Source of the DNA: Betaproteobacteria bacterium RIFCSPLOWO2_12_FULL_68_20
GTDB taxonomy: Bacteria > Pseudomonadota > Gammaproteobacteria > Burkholderiales > SG8-39
Direction of reading: 5' to 3'
Length of the DNA: 64,000 bases
Assembly (NCBI GenBank): GCA_001770655.1
Contig: MERQ01000068.1
Coordinates: forward strand, 17,621-81,620
In this document: positions 33,283 to 43,000 of the stretch, piece by piece
Layout of the letters: every line of letters begins with the position of its first letter
Numbering within the stretch: position 1 is the first letter of the stretch
Made by a program: the position numbers and the translations under genes
The notes under the pieces: model-generated
What the model was told of the DNA's origin: nothing
The model's database searches: none
What the model saw: only the letters and a program-made list of their open reading frames with translations

Positions 33283-34065
33283 TCAGGTGGAGAAGCGTTT
33301 GCGCGCGAGGACGATCGCGATCCAGTAGCCCGCCAGAGCATAGACGATCAGCACCGCGAGGTGCAGGGCGACATCGGGCGGCCACTCGCCGGCGACCAGC
33401 GGCCGCACGATCTGCACCCCGTGATACAGCGGCAGCGCCTTGGCCACCGAGGGCAGCGGCTCGGGAAGCTGCGCCGCCGGGAAGAACACGCCCGAGATCA
33501 TCATCATCGGGGTGAGGACGAGGGTCATGTAGAAGCTGAAGAAGTCCCAGCCGCGCGCGAGCACCGTCATCACCAGGCCGATCGAGGAGAACGCCAGGCC
33601 GATGAGGAACGCCACCGGCAGCGCGAGCGCCGCGAGCGGCGATTTGCCAAAGCCGAACACGACGATGACCGCGAGGATGGTGGAGCCCGTGAGCCAGGCC
33701 TTGCACGCCGACCACACCAGCTCGCCCGCCACCACGTCGTCCACGGTGAGCGGCGCGTACAGGATCGCGTCCCAAGTCTTCTGGCCGTGCATGCGCGAGA
33801 ACGCCGAGAACATCGATTCGAACGAGGCGGTGAACATGGTCGCGGTGCACAGCGACCCGGCGGCGAAGAACACGATGTAGGGCATGCCCTCGATCGAGGG
33901 CAGCAGCGCCCCCAGGCCGTAGCCCAGGCCGAACAGCATGATGAGCGGATCGGCAAGGTTGCCGAGGATGGAGGCGGCGACGAGCTTGCGCCACACGAGG
34001 AGGTTTCTGCGCCACACCGGCACCCAGCGAAGCGACGGCGCGGGAAAGACGTAGGTGCGGGCCAT
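33283..34065 (-). CDS. ABC-2 transporter permease, NodJ-like
   Basis: VWRRN..VW, ILGNLADP, FSRM..QKTW and SGVFFP motifs. Confidence 0.88.
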   Translation of the reverse strand: MARTYVFPAPSLRWVPVWRRNLLVWRKLVAASILGNLADPLIMLFGLGYGLGALLPSIEGMPYIVFFAAGSLCTATMFTASFESMFSAFSRMHGQKTWDAILYAPLTVDDVVAGELVWSACKAWLTGSTILAVIVVFGFGKSPLAALALPVAFLIGLAFSSIGLVMTVLARGWDFFSFYMTLVLTPMMMISGVFFPAAQLPEPLPSVAKALPLYHGVQIVRPLVAGEWPPDVALHLAVLIVYALAGYWIAIVLARKRFST

Positions 34066-34066
34066 G

Positions 34067-34975
34067 TCAGTCTCGCAGGTCCCGGCCGGTGAGCTTCAGG
34101 AACACGTCCTCGAGGTTCGCCGGGCGGTGCAGGAACGACAGATCGGAGCGCCCCTCGAGCGCGCCGAGCACCGGCTCGGCCCGCTCGGCGTAGCAGAACA
34201 CCGTCTCGCCTGCGCGCTCGACGCGCGGCGCCAGGCTCAGCGCCTGCTCCGCCCAGGCTTCGAGGCCGGCACCGTAGGCTTCGACCACCTGCGGCTCGAT
34301 GTGCTCGGCGACCAGTGCCCGGGGAGCGCCCTGCGCGATGATGCGGCCGCGGTCCATGATCGCGACGCGGGTGCACAGCCGTTCCGCCTCGTCCATGAAA
34401 TGCGTGGTGAGGACGAGCGTCCTGCCCTCCTGCCGCAACCGCCGCAGCCGCTCCCAGATCAGGTGCCGCGCCTGCGGATCGAGGCCGGTGGTCGGCTCGT
34501 CCATGAACAGCAGCCGCGGCTCGTTCACCAGCGCGCGCGCGAGGATCAGGCGCCGCTTCATGCCGCCCGAGAGGGTCTGGATCTTGGCACTCGCGCGGCC
34601 GGCGAGCCCCGCGAACTCGAGCAGCGCGGGGATGCGGCCGTCGATCTCGTGCCGCTCGAGGCCGAAGTAGCGCCCGTAGACGAGCAGGTTCTCGGCGACA
34701 GTGAAATCCGGATCGAGGTTGTCGAGCTGCGGCACCACTCCCACCTCGGAGCGCGCCTCGCGGGCGTGCGCCGGCACCTCGCGGCCGAGCAGGCGGATGC
34801 TCCCCGAATCCGCTTCGACCAAGCCAAGACAAAGTCTCAGTATGGTGGTCTTGCCGGCGCCGTTCGGGCCCAGCAGCCCGAAGCATTCGCCGCTCGCCAC
34901 CTCCAGGTCGACGCCCGAGACGACCTCCAGGTCGCCGTAGGACTTGCGCAGCCCGCGCACCACCAGCGGATTCAT
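34067..34975 (-). CDS. ABC transporter ATP-binding protein, NodI-like
   Basis: GPNGAGKTT, LSGGMKRR, DEPTTGLDPQARHLIW and ANLEDVFLKLTGR motifs. Confidence 0.92.
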   Translation of the reverse strand: MNPLVVRGLRKSYGDLEVVSGVDLEVASGECFGLLGPNGAGKTTILRLCLGLVEADSGSIRLLGREVPAHAREARSEVGVVPQLDNLDPDFTVAENLLVYGRYFGLERHEIDGRIPALLEFAGLAGRASAKIQTLSGGMKRRLILARALVNEPRLLFMDEPTTGLDPQARHLIWERLRRLRQEGRTLVLTTHFMDEAERLCTRVAIMDRGRIIAQGAPRALVAEHIEPQVVEAYGAGLEAWAEQALSLAPRVERAGETVFCYAERAEPVLGALEGRSDLSFLHRPANLEDVFLKLTGRDLRD

Positions 34976-35115
34976 TTGTCGAGCGTGCCGCCGAAAAGGG
35001 GGTGGGGGTGCGCGATCAGCGCGAAGCCGCGCGCCGCGCCCTCGGGCGCGTCCACCGCGCACTCGATGCGCCCGGCGGGACCTGCGACGAATTCGCGCCG
35101 CGTGCTGGCGCGCAT
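34972..35115 (-). pseudogene. Truncated alpha/beta hydrolase (first 47 aa only)
   Basis: GPAGRIECAVD...ALIAHPHPLFGGTLD followed at once by a stop overlapping the nodI-like ATG; no nucleophile motif. Confidence 0.75.
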
Positions 35116-35423
35116 CACATGCGCAATCGCTCGACCACGCGGCCGTGCCGCAGATGCTCCTCGATGATCTCGTCGACGTCGACGCGGTCGACGTACCGGT
35201 ACCAGACCGCGTCCGGGTAGACCACCACGCACGGGCCTTCCTCGCAGCGATCGAGGCACCCGGCCTGGTTGACGCGCACCTTGTCCGGCCCGGCGAGGCC
35301 AAGCTCCTTCACGCGCTGCTTGGCGTAATCGCGCATGCTCGAGGCGCCCTTGTCGTTGCAGCAGGTTCGCCCGTCGGTGCGCTGGTTGCAGCAGAAGAAA
35401 ACGTGCCTCGAGTAATACGACAT
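35115..35423 (-). CDS. Thioredoxin-like [2Fe-2S] ferredoxin
   Basis: HVFFCCNQR...C and RVNQAGCLDRCEEGP.VVYPD.VWY motifs. Confidence 0.93.
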   Translation of the reverse strand: MSYYSRHVFFCCNQRTDGRTCCNDKGASSMRDYAKQRVKELGLAGPDKVRVNQAGCLDRCEEGPCVVVYPDAVWYRYVDRVDVDEIIEEHLRHGRVVERLRM

Positions 35424-35435
35424 CGAGCGCCGATT

Positions 35436-36503
35436 CTAACCGAGCGCCTCGCGGCCGCGCCGCGAGGCGAGCAGGATCAGGTAGGCGAGCGCGGCGAACG
35501 GCCACGCCGCGCTCGCCAGGCGCGTCAATCCGTTGAAATTGAGGAAATGCCCCTGCTGCCACAGCTTGAATGTGGCGGCGAGATACGGGTTCGGCGGCGC
35601 GAGATTGACCAGCACAGTCGCCGCCATGATCAGCACCGCCGCCGCGGCGAGGCGCGCGGTGCGAGGCAGCGCCACCGCGACGAACGCCGCGGCGAGCCCG
35701 GCGACGAGCCCGGCCTGGGCGCCCGGCGTGAGCCAGGCGAAGACATTTTCGGCGCGCATCAGGATCGCGAGCGCCGCGGTCTTCACGCCGAGCGCAGCCG
35801 CGACCAAGCCCAGCAGTGCCGCGCGCGCCGGCCGGCGCGGCGCGACGAGCGCGGAGAAGACCAGCGCCACCGCCAGCAGGTTCGCTCCCGAGGTGAAGGC
35901 CTCGATGGCGGCGAAGAACCGCGGCGCGCGCGGCGGCCCCTGGGGCGCGGCGAAGAGATCCCTCAGGTCGCCCGAGCCGAACAGCTGCGTGGTCGGGTCG
36001 AGCTGCGTGAACAGCCACAGCCCGAGCAGCGCGAGCCCGAGGTCGGCCGCGGCCCCGGGCGCGAACCATACGGTGCGCAGCCGCTTGAGCGGCCCGCGCT
36101 CGAGCAGCCACGGCGCGAGGCGCACCCCGAGCGCCGCCCCGGCGGCGGCGCCCGCCGCGTTAAACAGCAGATCGAGGTTGGAGGCGATGCGCGCGGGCAG
36201 ATAGCTCTGCGCCGCCTCGAGCAGCATCGAGAGCGCCGCGCCCGAGACCAGCGCGACCGCGGCCGCGCGCGCTCCGCGCACGCGCGGGTAAAGCGCAAGC
36301 ACGACGAGCAGGCCGTACGGCGCGTAGCCCAGCAGGTCCGCCGCGACGTCGAAGCCGGTGACGTAGCGCGGCCATGGCGCGCCCAGGTAGGCGAAGGCCG
36401 ACAGCCCGTGGTCGCGCCAGCCCTGCAGAGGATGGAGCGACGCGTAGGCCGCGAGCGCGACGTAGACCGCGAGCAGGATCCGCGCCAGGGGCGACGCGCG
36501 CAT
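35436..36503 (-). CDS. VanZ family membrane protein
   Basis: YASLHP and EAAQSYLPARIASNLDLLFN motifs; many TM segments. Confidence 0.82.
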   Translation of the reverse strand: MRASPLARILLAVYVALAAYASLHPLQGWRDHGLSAFAYLGAPWPRYVTGFDVAADLLGYAPYGLLVVLALYPRVRGARAAAVALVSGAALSMLLEAAQSYLPARIASNLDLLFNAAGAAAGAALGVRLAPWLLERGPLKRLRTVWFAPGAAADLGLALLGLWLFTQLDPTTQLFGSGDLRDLFAAPQGPPRAPRFFAAIEAFTSGANLLAVALVFSALVAPRRPARAALLGLVAAALGVKTAALAILMRAENVFAWLTPGAQAGLVAGLAAAFVAVALPRTARLAAAAVLIMAATVLVNLAPPNPYLAATFKLWQQGHFLNFNGLTRLASAAWPFAALAYLILLASRRGREALG

Positions 36504-36516
36504 CGCGCGATTCTAC

Positions 36517-37959
36517 TCAGCCGTGCGCCCGGTGCTGAGGGTGCGGGTGCGGCGCTGCGCGGGTAAACAGCGACCCCAGCACCATGCCGGCAAACGAGAA
36601 GCCCAGGCCCACCAGCTGCGGCGGGATCAGCGCATCGGCCGCGAACCCCTCCATCATGAGCCAGGTGACGAGGCCGAGCACCACCGCAAGCAGCGCGCCG
36701 GCCGTGGTCGAGCGCTTCCAGTACAGGCCGAGCACGAGCGGCGCGAATGCCGACACCAGCGTCACCTTGTAGGCGTTCTGCACCATCTGGTAGATGCTCG
36801 CATCGCTCGTCAGCGCGAACACCATCACCGCCAGGCCGAAGATCACCAGCACCAGGCGAAGCGTGAGCAGGAACTGGCGCTCGCCCATGTGCGGCACGAA
36901 CGGGCGCAGCACGTTCTCCGAGAACAGCGACGCCGGCGCGAGCAGGGCGCCCGAGGCCGAGGACATGATCGCCGAGAGCAGCGCGCCGAAGAACATCACC
37001 TGGGCGAACACCGGCGTGTGCCCGAGGATCAGATTCGGCAGGATCAGCTGGTTCTCGTTCGCGTCGCCGGCGAGCAGCGGCTCGACCATTGGCGCATCGA
37101 TCAGCAGCGCCGAATACGCCAGGTAGACCGGCACGAAGGCCATGAAGAAGTACGCGATCCCGCCGATCAGCGATCCGCGCACCGCGGTCGGCGCGTCCTT
37201 CGCCGACGTGATGCGCTGAAAGACATCCTGCTGGGGGATCGATCCGAGCGCCGCGGTGAGGAACGCCGCCGCGAAGGCGAGCACCTCCTTCGCCTCCGCC
37301 CCGGGCCAGAATTGCAGCTTGCCGGCTTCGGCGGCGTGCGCCACCACGACTTCGAAGCCGCCCGCCATGCCGCCGAGCAGGAACGCCAGGTAGCCGAGGC
37401 CGAGCACGATGATCACGGTCTGGAACAGGTCGGTGAACGCCACCGACCACATGCCGCCGAAAAGGGTATAGACCAGCACGCAGCCCGCGCCGAGCACGAT
37501 CCCCCAGGCGAGCGGGATGGCGCCGCCCGAGAGCGTGTGGAGCACCAGGCCGAGCGCGGTGAACTGGGCGGACGTCCAGCCGAGATACGAGACCACGATG
37601 CACACGCTGGTGGCCACCTCGACCGGCTTGTTGTAGCGGTTGCGGTAGAAGTCGCCGATCGTGAGCAGATTCAGGCGGTAGAACGCGCGCGCAAAAAAAA
37701 GCGCCACGATCACCAGGGTCACCGAGAAGCCGAACGGATCGGCGACGATGCCACCGAGGCCCTCCTTGAGGAAAGTCGACGACACCCCAAGCATGGTCTC
37801 GGCGCCGAACCAGGTGGCGAACACCGTGGCCACGCTCATGTACAGCGGCAGGCTGCGGCCCGCGATCATGAAGTCGCGCGGGTTGTGCACCCGCCGCGCG
37901 GCCCACAGGCCGATCGCGATCGACGCGGCGAGGTACAGCAGGATGAAGGCGATCAGCAT
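36517..37959 (-). CDS. Sodium:solute symporter family protein
   Basis: DFMIAGRSLP, ATWFG, YTLFGGMWSVAFTD and LSAIMSS motifs. Confidence 0.92.
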   Translation of the reverse strand: MLIAFILLYLAASIAIGLWAARRVHNPRDFMIAGRSLPLYMSVATVFATWFGAETMLGVSSTFLKEGLGGIVADPFGFSVTLVIVALFFARAFYRLNLLTIGDFYRNRYNKPVEVATSVCIVVSYLGWTSAQFTALGLVLHTLSGGAIPLAWGIVLGAGCVLVYTLFGGMWSVAFTDLFQTVIIVLGLGYLAFLLGGMAGGFEVVVAHAAEAGKLQFWPGAEAKEVLAFAAAFLTAALGSIPQQDVFQRITSAKDAPTAVRGSLIGGIAYFFMAFVPVYLAYSALLIDAPMVEPLLAGDANENQLILPNLILGHTPVFAQVMFFGALLSAIMSSASGALLAPASLFSENVLRPFVPHMGERQFLLTLRLVLVIFGLAVMVFALTSDASIYQMVQNAYKVTLVSAFAPLVLGLYWKRSTTAGALLAVVLGLVTWLMMEGFAADALIPPQLVGLGFSFAGMVLGSLFTRAAPHPHPQHRAHG

Positions 37960-37968
37960 GCGCGCCGG

Positions 37969-39480
37969 CTAGAACAGCGACACGGCGAGCAATATCAACG
38001 CTGCCGTCACCACCACGAGCAGCGCGGCGACGAGGTCGTTCCTGCGCGCGTTCTCCGCGGCGAGACGCTCCAGCGCCCGGTTGAGCGCGCCCAGCCGGTC
38101 CTCGGCCAGCGCGTGGTGGACCAGGCGCGGCAGCTGCGGCAGCGTCGCCGCCCAGAACGGCGCTTCCTGGCGGATCGCTCGCCAAAGCCCGCGCACGCCG
38201 ACCTGCTCGCGCGTCCAGCGCTCGAGATACGGCTTCGCGGTCTGCCAAAGATCCAGGTCAGGGTCGAGCTCGCGCCCCAGCCCCTCGATGTTGAGCAGAG
38301 TCTTTTGCAGCATCACGAGCTGCGGCTGGACCTCCACGTCGAAGCGGCGCGCGGTCTGGAACAGGCGCAGGAGCAGCTTGCCGAAATAGATCTCCTTCAG
38401 CGGCCGCGCGAAGATCGGCTCGCACACCGAGCGGATCGCGGCCTCGAACTCGTCCACGCGCGTGCCGGCGGGAACCCAGCCGGCGTCGAGGTGCGCCTGC
38501 GCCACGCGCCGGTAGTCGCGGTTGAAGAAGGCGAGGAAATTCTGGGCGAGGTAGCTCTTGTCCAGCTCGGTGAGCGTGCCCATGATGCCGAAGTCGAGCG
38601 CGATGTAGCGCCCGCGAGTTTCTCCTTGCGTCGACACCAGGATGTTCCCGGGGTGCATGTCGGCGTGGAAAAAACCGTCGCGGAACACCTGGGTGAAGAA
38701 GATCTCGACCCCGGCGCGCGCGAGCGCCGGGATGTCGACGCCCTGCTCGCGCAGCTTCTGCACCTGCGACACCGGGGTGCCGTGCATGCGCTGCATCACC
38801 ATCACGCGCCGCGAACACAGCTCCCAGTGCACCTCGGGCACCAGCAGGAGCGGCGAATGCTCGAAGTTTCTCCTCAGCTGGCTCGCGTTCGCCGCCTCGC
38901 GCATCAGGTCGAGCTCGTCCTCCAGATGGCGCGCGAATTCGCCCACCACCTCGCGCGGCTTCAGGCGCCGGGCCCCAAGCCGCTCGGCGAGCGCCGCGCC
39001 GGTTTCAAGCAGCGCCATGTCCTTCGCGATTTCCTCCTCGACCCGCGGCCGCAGCACCTTGACCGCCACCTCGCGACCGTCCTTCAGGGTCGCAAGGTGG
39101 ACCTGGGCGATGGACGCGCTTGCCGCGGCGTCGCGCTGGAAGTCCGAGAACAGCTCCGGGACGCGCCTGCCGAGCGAGCGTTCGATCTCGGCGATCGCCT
39201 CCGCCGGGGGAAACGGCGGCACGCGATCCTGGAGCCTCGCCAGCTCGTCGGCGATGTCGAGCGGCAGCAGGTCGCGGCGCGTCGAGAGCACCTGGCCGAA
39301 CTTGACGAATATCGGCCCCAGCGTCTCCAGCGCCTCGCGCAGCCGCTGCGCGCGCGGTTCGCCGGCGCGGCCGGCGAGGAGCCGCGCGAGCGGATTGCGG
39401 GCGAGCCGCGGGACGAACTCGTGCAGCCCGAAGCGCAGGCCGACCGCGAGGATGCGCGCGAGCCGCAGCAGCCTAGCCAA
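37969..39480 (-). CDS. ubiB: Ubiquinone biosynthesis kinase-like protein UbiB
   Basis: [29 protein letters not shown] and LDFGIMG motifs. Confidence 0.96.
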   Translation of the reverse strand: MARLLRLARILAVGLRFGLHEFVPRLARNPLARLLAGRAGEPRAQRLREALETLGPIFVKFGQVLSTRRDLLPLDIADELARLQDRVPPFPPAEAIAEIERSLGRRVPELFSDFQRDAAASASIAQVHLATLKDGREVAVKVLRPRVEEEIAKDMALLETGAALAERLGARRLKPREVVGEFARHLEDELDLMREAANASQLRRNFEHSPLLLVPEVHWELCSRRVMVMQRMHGTPVSQVQKLREQGVDIPALARAGVEIFFTQVFRDGFFHADMHPGNILVSTQGETRGRYIALDFGIMGTLTELDKSYLAQNFLAFFNRDYRRVAQAHLDAGWVPAGTRVDEFEAAIRSVCEPIFARPLKEIYFGKLLLRLFQTARRFDVEVQPQLVMLQKTLLNIEGLGRELDPDLDLWQTAKPYLERWTREQVGVRGLWRAIRQEAPFWAATLPQLPRLVHHALAEDRLGALNRALERLAAENARRNDLVAALLVVVTAALILLAVSLF

Positions 39481-40045
39481 GGTCCCGCACCCCCTGCTCG
39501 AGCCGCTCGATGCCTGCGCGCAGCGCCGCCACGGCCTGCACGAGCGCCTCCAGTTCCGCGCGGCGCACGATCAGGCGCTTTTCCTCCGCGGCGTAGGCGG
39601 CGAGGCTCCCGGCGAGCCGCTTCGCGCTATCGGCCTGCCAGGCCGCGAAATTCCGCGCGGCGCCGGAGAGCCGCTGCCCGGCGACATCGCCCAGGAGCCT
39701 CGCGAGGTCCTCCTCGAAGTCCCAGCGAAGATGTCGCAGCAGCAGCTTCACTTCCGCGGCCAGAGCGGGATTTCCGGAGACCTCGATCGCGTCCACGAAC
39801 TCCCGCTCGCCGCGCGGCAGCGCGGCGAGCGCCGGCGCGCCGAGCGTGACGACGGCGGAGGGCTCGCCGCCCATGCCGGCAGGCTCGAGACGACCGCCTT
39901 GGACGATGCCGAAGCGCAGCGCGGGCAGCGGCGCGGCGCGCAGCTCGAGCGTGTCGCCGGCGAACGGCGCGATCCGCTCGCGCGCCCATTGCTCCGAATC
40001 GAGCAGGTGATTCAGCGCCGCGGCAAATGGCGATTCGAGCACCAT
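39473..40045 (-). CDS. ubiJ: Ubiquinone biosynthesis accessory factor UbiJ
   Basis: SCP2-like N-terminus, [15 protein letters not shown] motif and C-terminal coiled coil; directly upstream of ubiB. Confidence 0.85.
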   Translation of the reverse strand: MVLESPFAAALNHLLDSEQWARERIAPFAGDTLELRAAPLPALRFGIVQGGRLEPAGMGGEPSAVVTLGAPALAALPRGEREFVDAIEVSGNPALAAEVKLLLRHLRWDFEEDLARLLGDVAGQRLSGAARNFAAWQADSAKRLAGSLAAYAAEEKRLIVRRAELEALVQAVAALRAGIERLEQGVRDLG

Positions 40046-40048
40046 GTC

Positions 40049-40079
40049 AAAAAAAAGGCCACCCCCAGGTGGCCTTTTT
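40049..40079. terminator. Terminator-like hairpin between the Tim44-domain gene and ubiJ
   Basis: A8-GGCCACC-ccca-GGTGGCC-T5; on the minus strand it is a stem followed by U8. Confidence 0.8.
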
Positions 40080-40094
40080 ACCCGTTCAGGGCCT

Positions 40095-40967
40095 TCAGTG
40101 CATCTGCTGGATGCCGGCGAGCAGCCAACCCGTCGAACCGTCGGCCGGCTTTGCGAGGTTCCACACCTCTTCGAACCCGTTGGGCGCGGTCCCGGGGACC
40201 GCACGCACCATCCCCGAGAAGCGCACGCTCGCCCAGTGCCTGCCGCCCTCGCTGGTGATCTCGAGCAGATCGGCGTTCAGCGCCACGACATCGGTCTGCT
40301 GTTTCGCGGCGCCGCGCGACAGCACGCCGCTCTTGAGCTCTTCGTACATTTCCGCGGTCGTGAACTCGCGCAGCTCGTCGAGGTTTCCCGCATCGTTTGC
40401 GACCTGGAGCTTCACGAAATTGAGCTTCGCCGCGCGCAGAAACCCGGCGACGTCGAATCCCGGTGGCACGCTTGCAGCGCTCAGCGCGGGCTCCTCCTGC
40501 GAATCGAGACCCGCAGCCTGCGACGGAGGCGGCGCTGCCACAGTCTCGCTGCCGATACCCGCGTACTGCATCGGCTGCGCGGCAGCCCCGGCGCGCGAAC
40601 GCGCCAGCGCCCGGATCGCGACTGCCGCGCCGATCGCGAGCAGCGCGAGCAACACGATCGCGCCAAGTCCGCTGCCGCTCAGGAGGGTGCCGAACAGGCC
40701 ACCGAGCGCCAGCCCGCCGAGGATCGGCATCCACCTGCTCGCGCCCGCGGGCGCCGCGCTTCCCGCCTGCGGCGCAGCCGCGGCCGATTGCTGCGCGGGC
40801 GCAGCCTGTTGCGCCTGGCGGGCGGGCGCCGGGGCGCGCGGTGCGCTGGTGATGCTCCGTTGCACCCCGCTCGCTCTGCCGCCCCCGAGCCGCGCCGCCT
40901 CGGCGTCGCTCGCTGCGAGCGCGCCGCCGAGGAGCACTGCGGCGAGCGCGAGTTGCCAGCCTTTCAT
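40095..40967 (-). CDS. Tim44-domain protein
   Basis: Signal peptide, ARLGGGR, LGGLALGGL, F..LQ.AND and EEVWNL.K motifs. Confidence 0.9.
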   Translation of the reverse strand: MKGWQLALAAVLLGGALAASDAEAARLGGGRASGVQRSITSAPRAPAPARQAQQAAPAQQSAAAAPQAGSAAPAGASRWMPILGGLALGGLFGTLLSGSGLGAIVLLALLAIGAAVAIRALARSRAGAAAQPMQYAGIGSETVAAPPPSQAAGLDSQEEPALSAASVPPGFDVAGFLRAAKLNFVKLQVANDAGNLDELREFTTAEMYEELKSGVLSRGAAKQQTDVVALNADLLEITSEGGRHWASVRFSGMVRAVPGTAPNGFEEVWNLAKPADGSTGWLLAGIQQMH

Positions 40968-41052
40968 GATGCCTTCCCCCGAAAGATCACCGGATGCTGC
41001 CGATCCTACCCCAGTGCGCTGGCGCGCGACAGCGCGCCGCGGGCGGAAACGG

Positions 41053-41793
41053 TCAAATTCGGTAACCGCGATGCACCGCCACCACACCCGCGGCGAGGTT
41101 GAAGACCTCGACCCGCGCGAGTCCGGCGCGCTCCATCATCGATGCGAGCCCCTGCTGGTCGGGATGCATGCGGATGGACTCGGCGAGGTAGCGGTACGGG
41201 GCAGCGTCGCCCACCACCCGCTCACCGATCCAGGGCAGCACCCTGAACGAATACAGGTCGTAGGCGCGCTCGAGCGGCTTCCATACCTTCGAGAATTCGA
41301 GCACCAGCAGCCTTCCGCCGGGCTTGAGCACCCGCGTCATCTCGGCGAGCGCCGCCTCCTTGCGCGTCATGTTGCGCAGCCCGAACCCGACCGTCACGCA
41401 GTCGAACCAGGCGCCGGGAAAGGGCAGTCGCTCGGCGTCGCACTGGACCGCGGGAGCAAGGCAGCCGGTGTCGAGGAGCCGATCGCGCCCGCGCTCGAGC
41501 ATGCGGCGGTTGACATCGGTGACCCAGACCACTCCGCCCGGCGCCACTCGCCTGGCGAGCAGCCGCGCGAGGTCGCCGCTTCCGCTCGCGACATCGAGCA
41601 CTCGCTCGCCGGGTCTCGGGCGGGCAACCCCCACCGCGAAGGCCTTCCAGGCACGGTGCAGTCCCAGCGACATCAGGTCGTTCATGAGGTCGTAGCGCTC
41701 AGCTACGCGATCGAATACCTCGCCTACCCGCGCCGCCTTGTCGCGCTCCGAGACCTGCTCGAACCCGAACTCTGTCTTCAGGCTTTCAGGCAT
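41053..41793 (-). CDS. ubiE: Ubiquinone/menaquinone C-methyltransferase UbiE
   Basis: [24 protein letters not shown] and [12 protein letters not shown] motifs. Confidence 0.96.
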   Translation of the reverse strand: MPESLKTEFGFEQVSERDKAARVGEVFDRVAERYDLMNDLMSLGLHRAWKAFAVGVARPRPGERVLDVASGSGDLARLLARRVAPGGVVWVTDVNRRMLERGRDRLLDTGCLAPAVQCDAERLPFPGAWFDCVTVGFGLRNMTRKEAALAEMTRVLKPGGRLLVLEFSKVWKPLERAYDLYSFRVLPWIGERVVGDAAPYRYLAESIRMHPDQQGLASMMERAGLARVEVFNLAAGVVAVHRGYRI

Positions 41794-42178
41794 CTTTACC
41801 GGAAGTAAGCGATTGCTTTAGTTCCCGGCTTTCGCCTGCCGCCTCCAGCCTGGCGAGGTACTCGGCCCAGAGCGCGTCCTGCCGCTCACCCAACTCGTAC
41901 AGGTAATCCCAGGAATAGATCCCGGTGTCGTGGCCGTCCGAGAAGCTCGGCTGCACCGCGTACGAGCCGACCGGCTCGAGCGAGCGGATGTCGACCTCCC
42001 GCTTGCCGATCTGCAGCACTTCCTGGCCCGGGCCGTGTCCCCGGACTTCGGCCGAGGGCGAATACACCCTCGGGTACTCGTATTGCAGGCGGAAGGTCCT
42101 CCCGTCGGAGAAGGAGATCTCCAGCACCCGGGATTTCTGGTGCAGGCGGATCTCGGTGGGGACGCGGGAGGAAGCCAT
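41786..42178 (-). CDS. DUF971 (GBBH-like N-terminal) protein
   Basis: [13 protein letters not shown] and [15 protein letters not shown] motifs. Confidence 0.92.
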   Translation of the reverse strand: MASSRVPTEIRLHQKSRVLEISFSDGRTFRLQYEYPRVYSPSAEVRGHGPGQEVLQIGKREVDIRSLEPVGSYAVQPSFSDGHDTGIYSWDYLYELGERQDALWAEYLARLEAAGESRELKQSLTSGKDA

Positions 42179-42215
42179 CGCCGGGGGCCGGGGGCCAGAT
42201 CATACCCCTCGCCCG

Positions 42216-42249
42216 CTGAAACATATCCGTCATCGAAGGTTCTTACAAT
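42216..42249 (+). promoter_or_regulatory. Pho box promoter of phoBR
   Basis: CTGAAAC-ATAT-CCGTCAT (18-bp Pho box), exactly 10 bp upstream of TACAAT. Confidence 0.72.
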
Positions 42250-42273
42250 TGCCACGTTGCGCAATCGCCTCCG

Positions 42274-42966
42274 ATGGCCGCGAACATCCTGCTGGTCGAA
42301 GACGAGCCCGCGATCCAGGAGCTGATCGCGGTCAACCTCGAGCACGCCGGGCATCACGTCATCCGCGCGCGCGACGCGGAAGGCGCGCTCGGCATCGTGA
42401 GGAACGCCCTCCCCGACCTGTTGCTCATCGACTGGATGCTGCCCGGGATGTCCGGCGTATCGCTCGCGCGGCAGCTGCGTCAGGAAGAGCGCACCAGGGA
42501 GATCCCGATCATCCTGCTCACGGCGCGCAGCGCCGAGGCCGACAAGGTCGCCGGGCTCGAAGCGGGCGCGGACGACTACGTCACCAAGCCGTTCTCGCCG
42601 AAGGAGCTGCTCGCGCGCATCAAGGCGGTGCTGCGGCGTCGCGCGCCGCAGATGACCGACGACCCGATCGAGGTGAACGGCCTGCGGCTCGACCCCGCGA
42701 CGCGGCGCGTGTACGGCAACTCGCGACCGCTCGAGCTGGGTCCGACCGAGTTCAGGCTGCTGCACTTCCTGATGACGCACCCCGAGCGGGTGCACTCGCG
42801 CACGCAGCTCCTCGATCAGGTATGGGGGGACCACGTGTTCGTCGAGGAGCGCACGGTGGACGTGCACATCCGGCGGCTGCGCAAGGCGCTCGAGCCCTCC
42901 GCCCATGACCGGCTTGTCGAGACCGTGCGCGGCTCGGGTTATCGTCTGACCGCAAGTCCGGTCTGA
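42274..42966 (+). CDS. phoB: Phosphate regulon response regulator PhoB
   Basis: DWMLPG, GADDYVTKPFSP, VEERTVDVHIRRLRK and TVRGSGY motifs. Confidence 0.96.
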   Translation: MAANILLVEDEPAIQELIAVNLEHAGHHVIRARDAEGALGIVRNALPDLLLIDWMLPGMSGVSLARQLRQEERTREIPIILLTARSAEADKVAGLEAGADDYVTKPFSPKELLARIKAVLRRRAPQMTDDPIEVNGLRLDPATRRVYGNSRPLELGPTEFRLLHFLMTHPERVHSRTQLLDQVWGDHVFVEERTVDVHIRRLRKALEPSAHDRLVETVRGSGYRLTASPV

Positions 42967-43000
42967 TACATTTGCAGCAGCGAGAGCGGTCGTTCCTCCC

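Noticed and set aside
33283-34975. nodI/nodJ-like genes as evidence of nodulation
   Set aside because: No nodABC or nod box is present; such ABC-2 exporters are widespread in non-symbiotic Betaproteobacteria.
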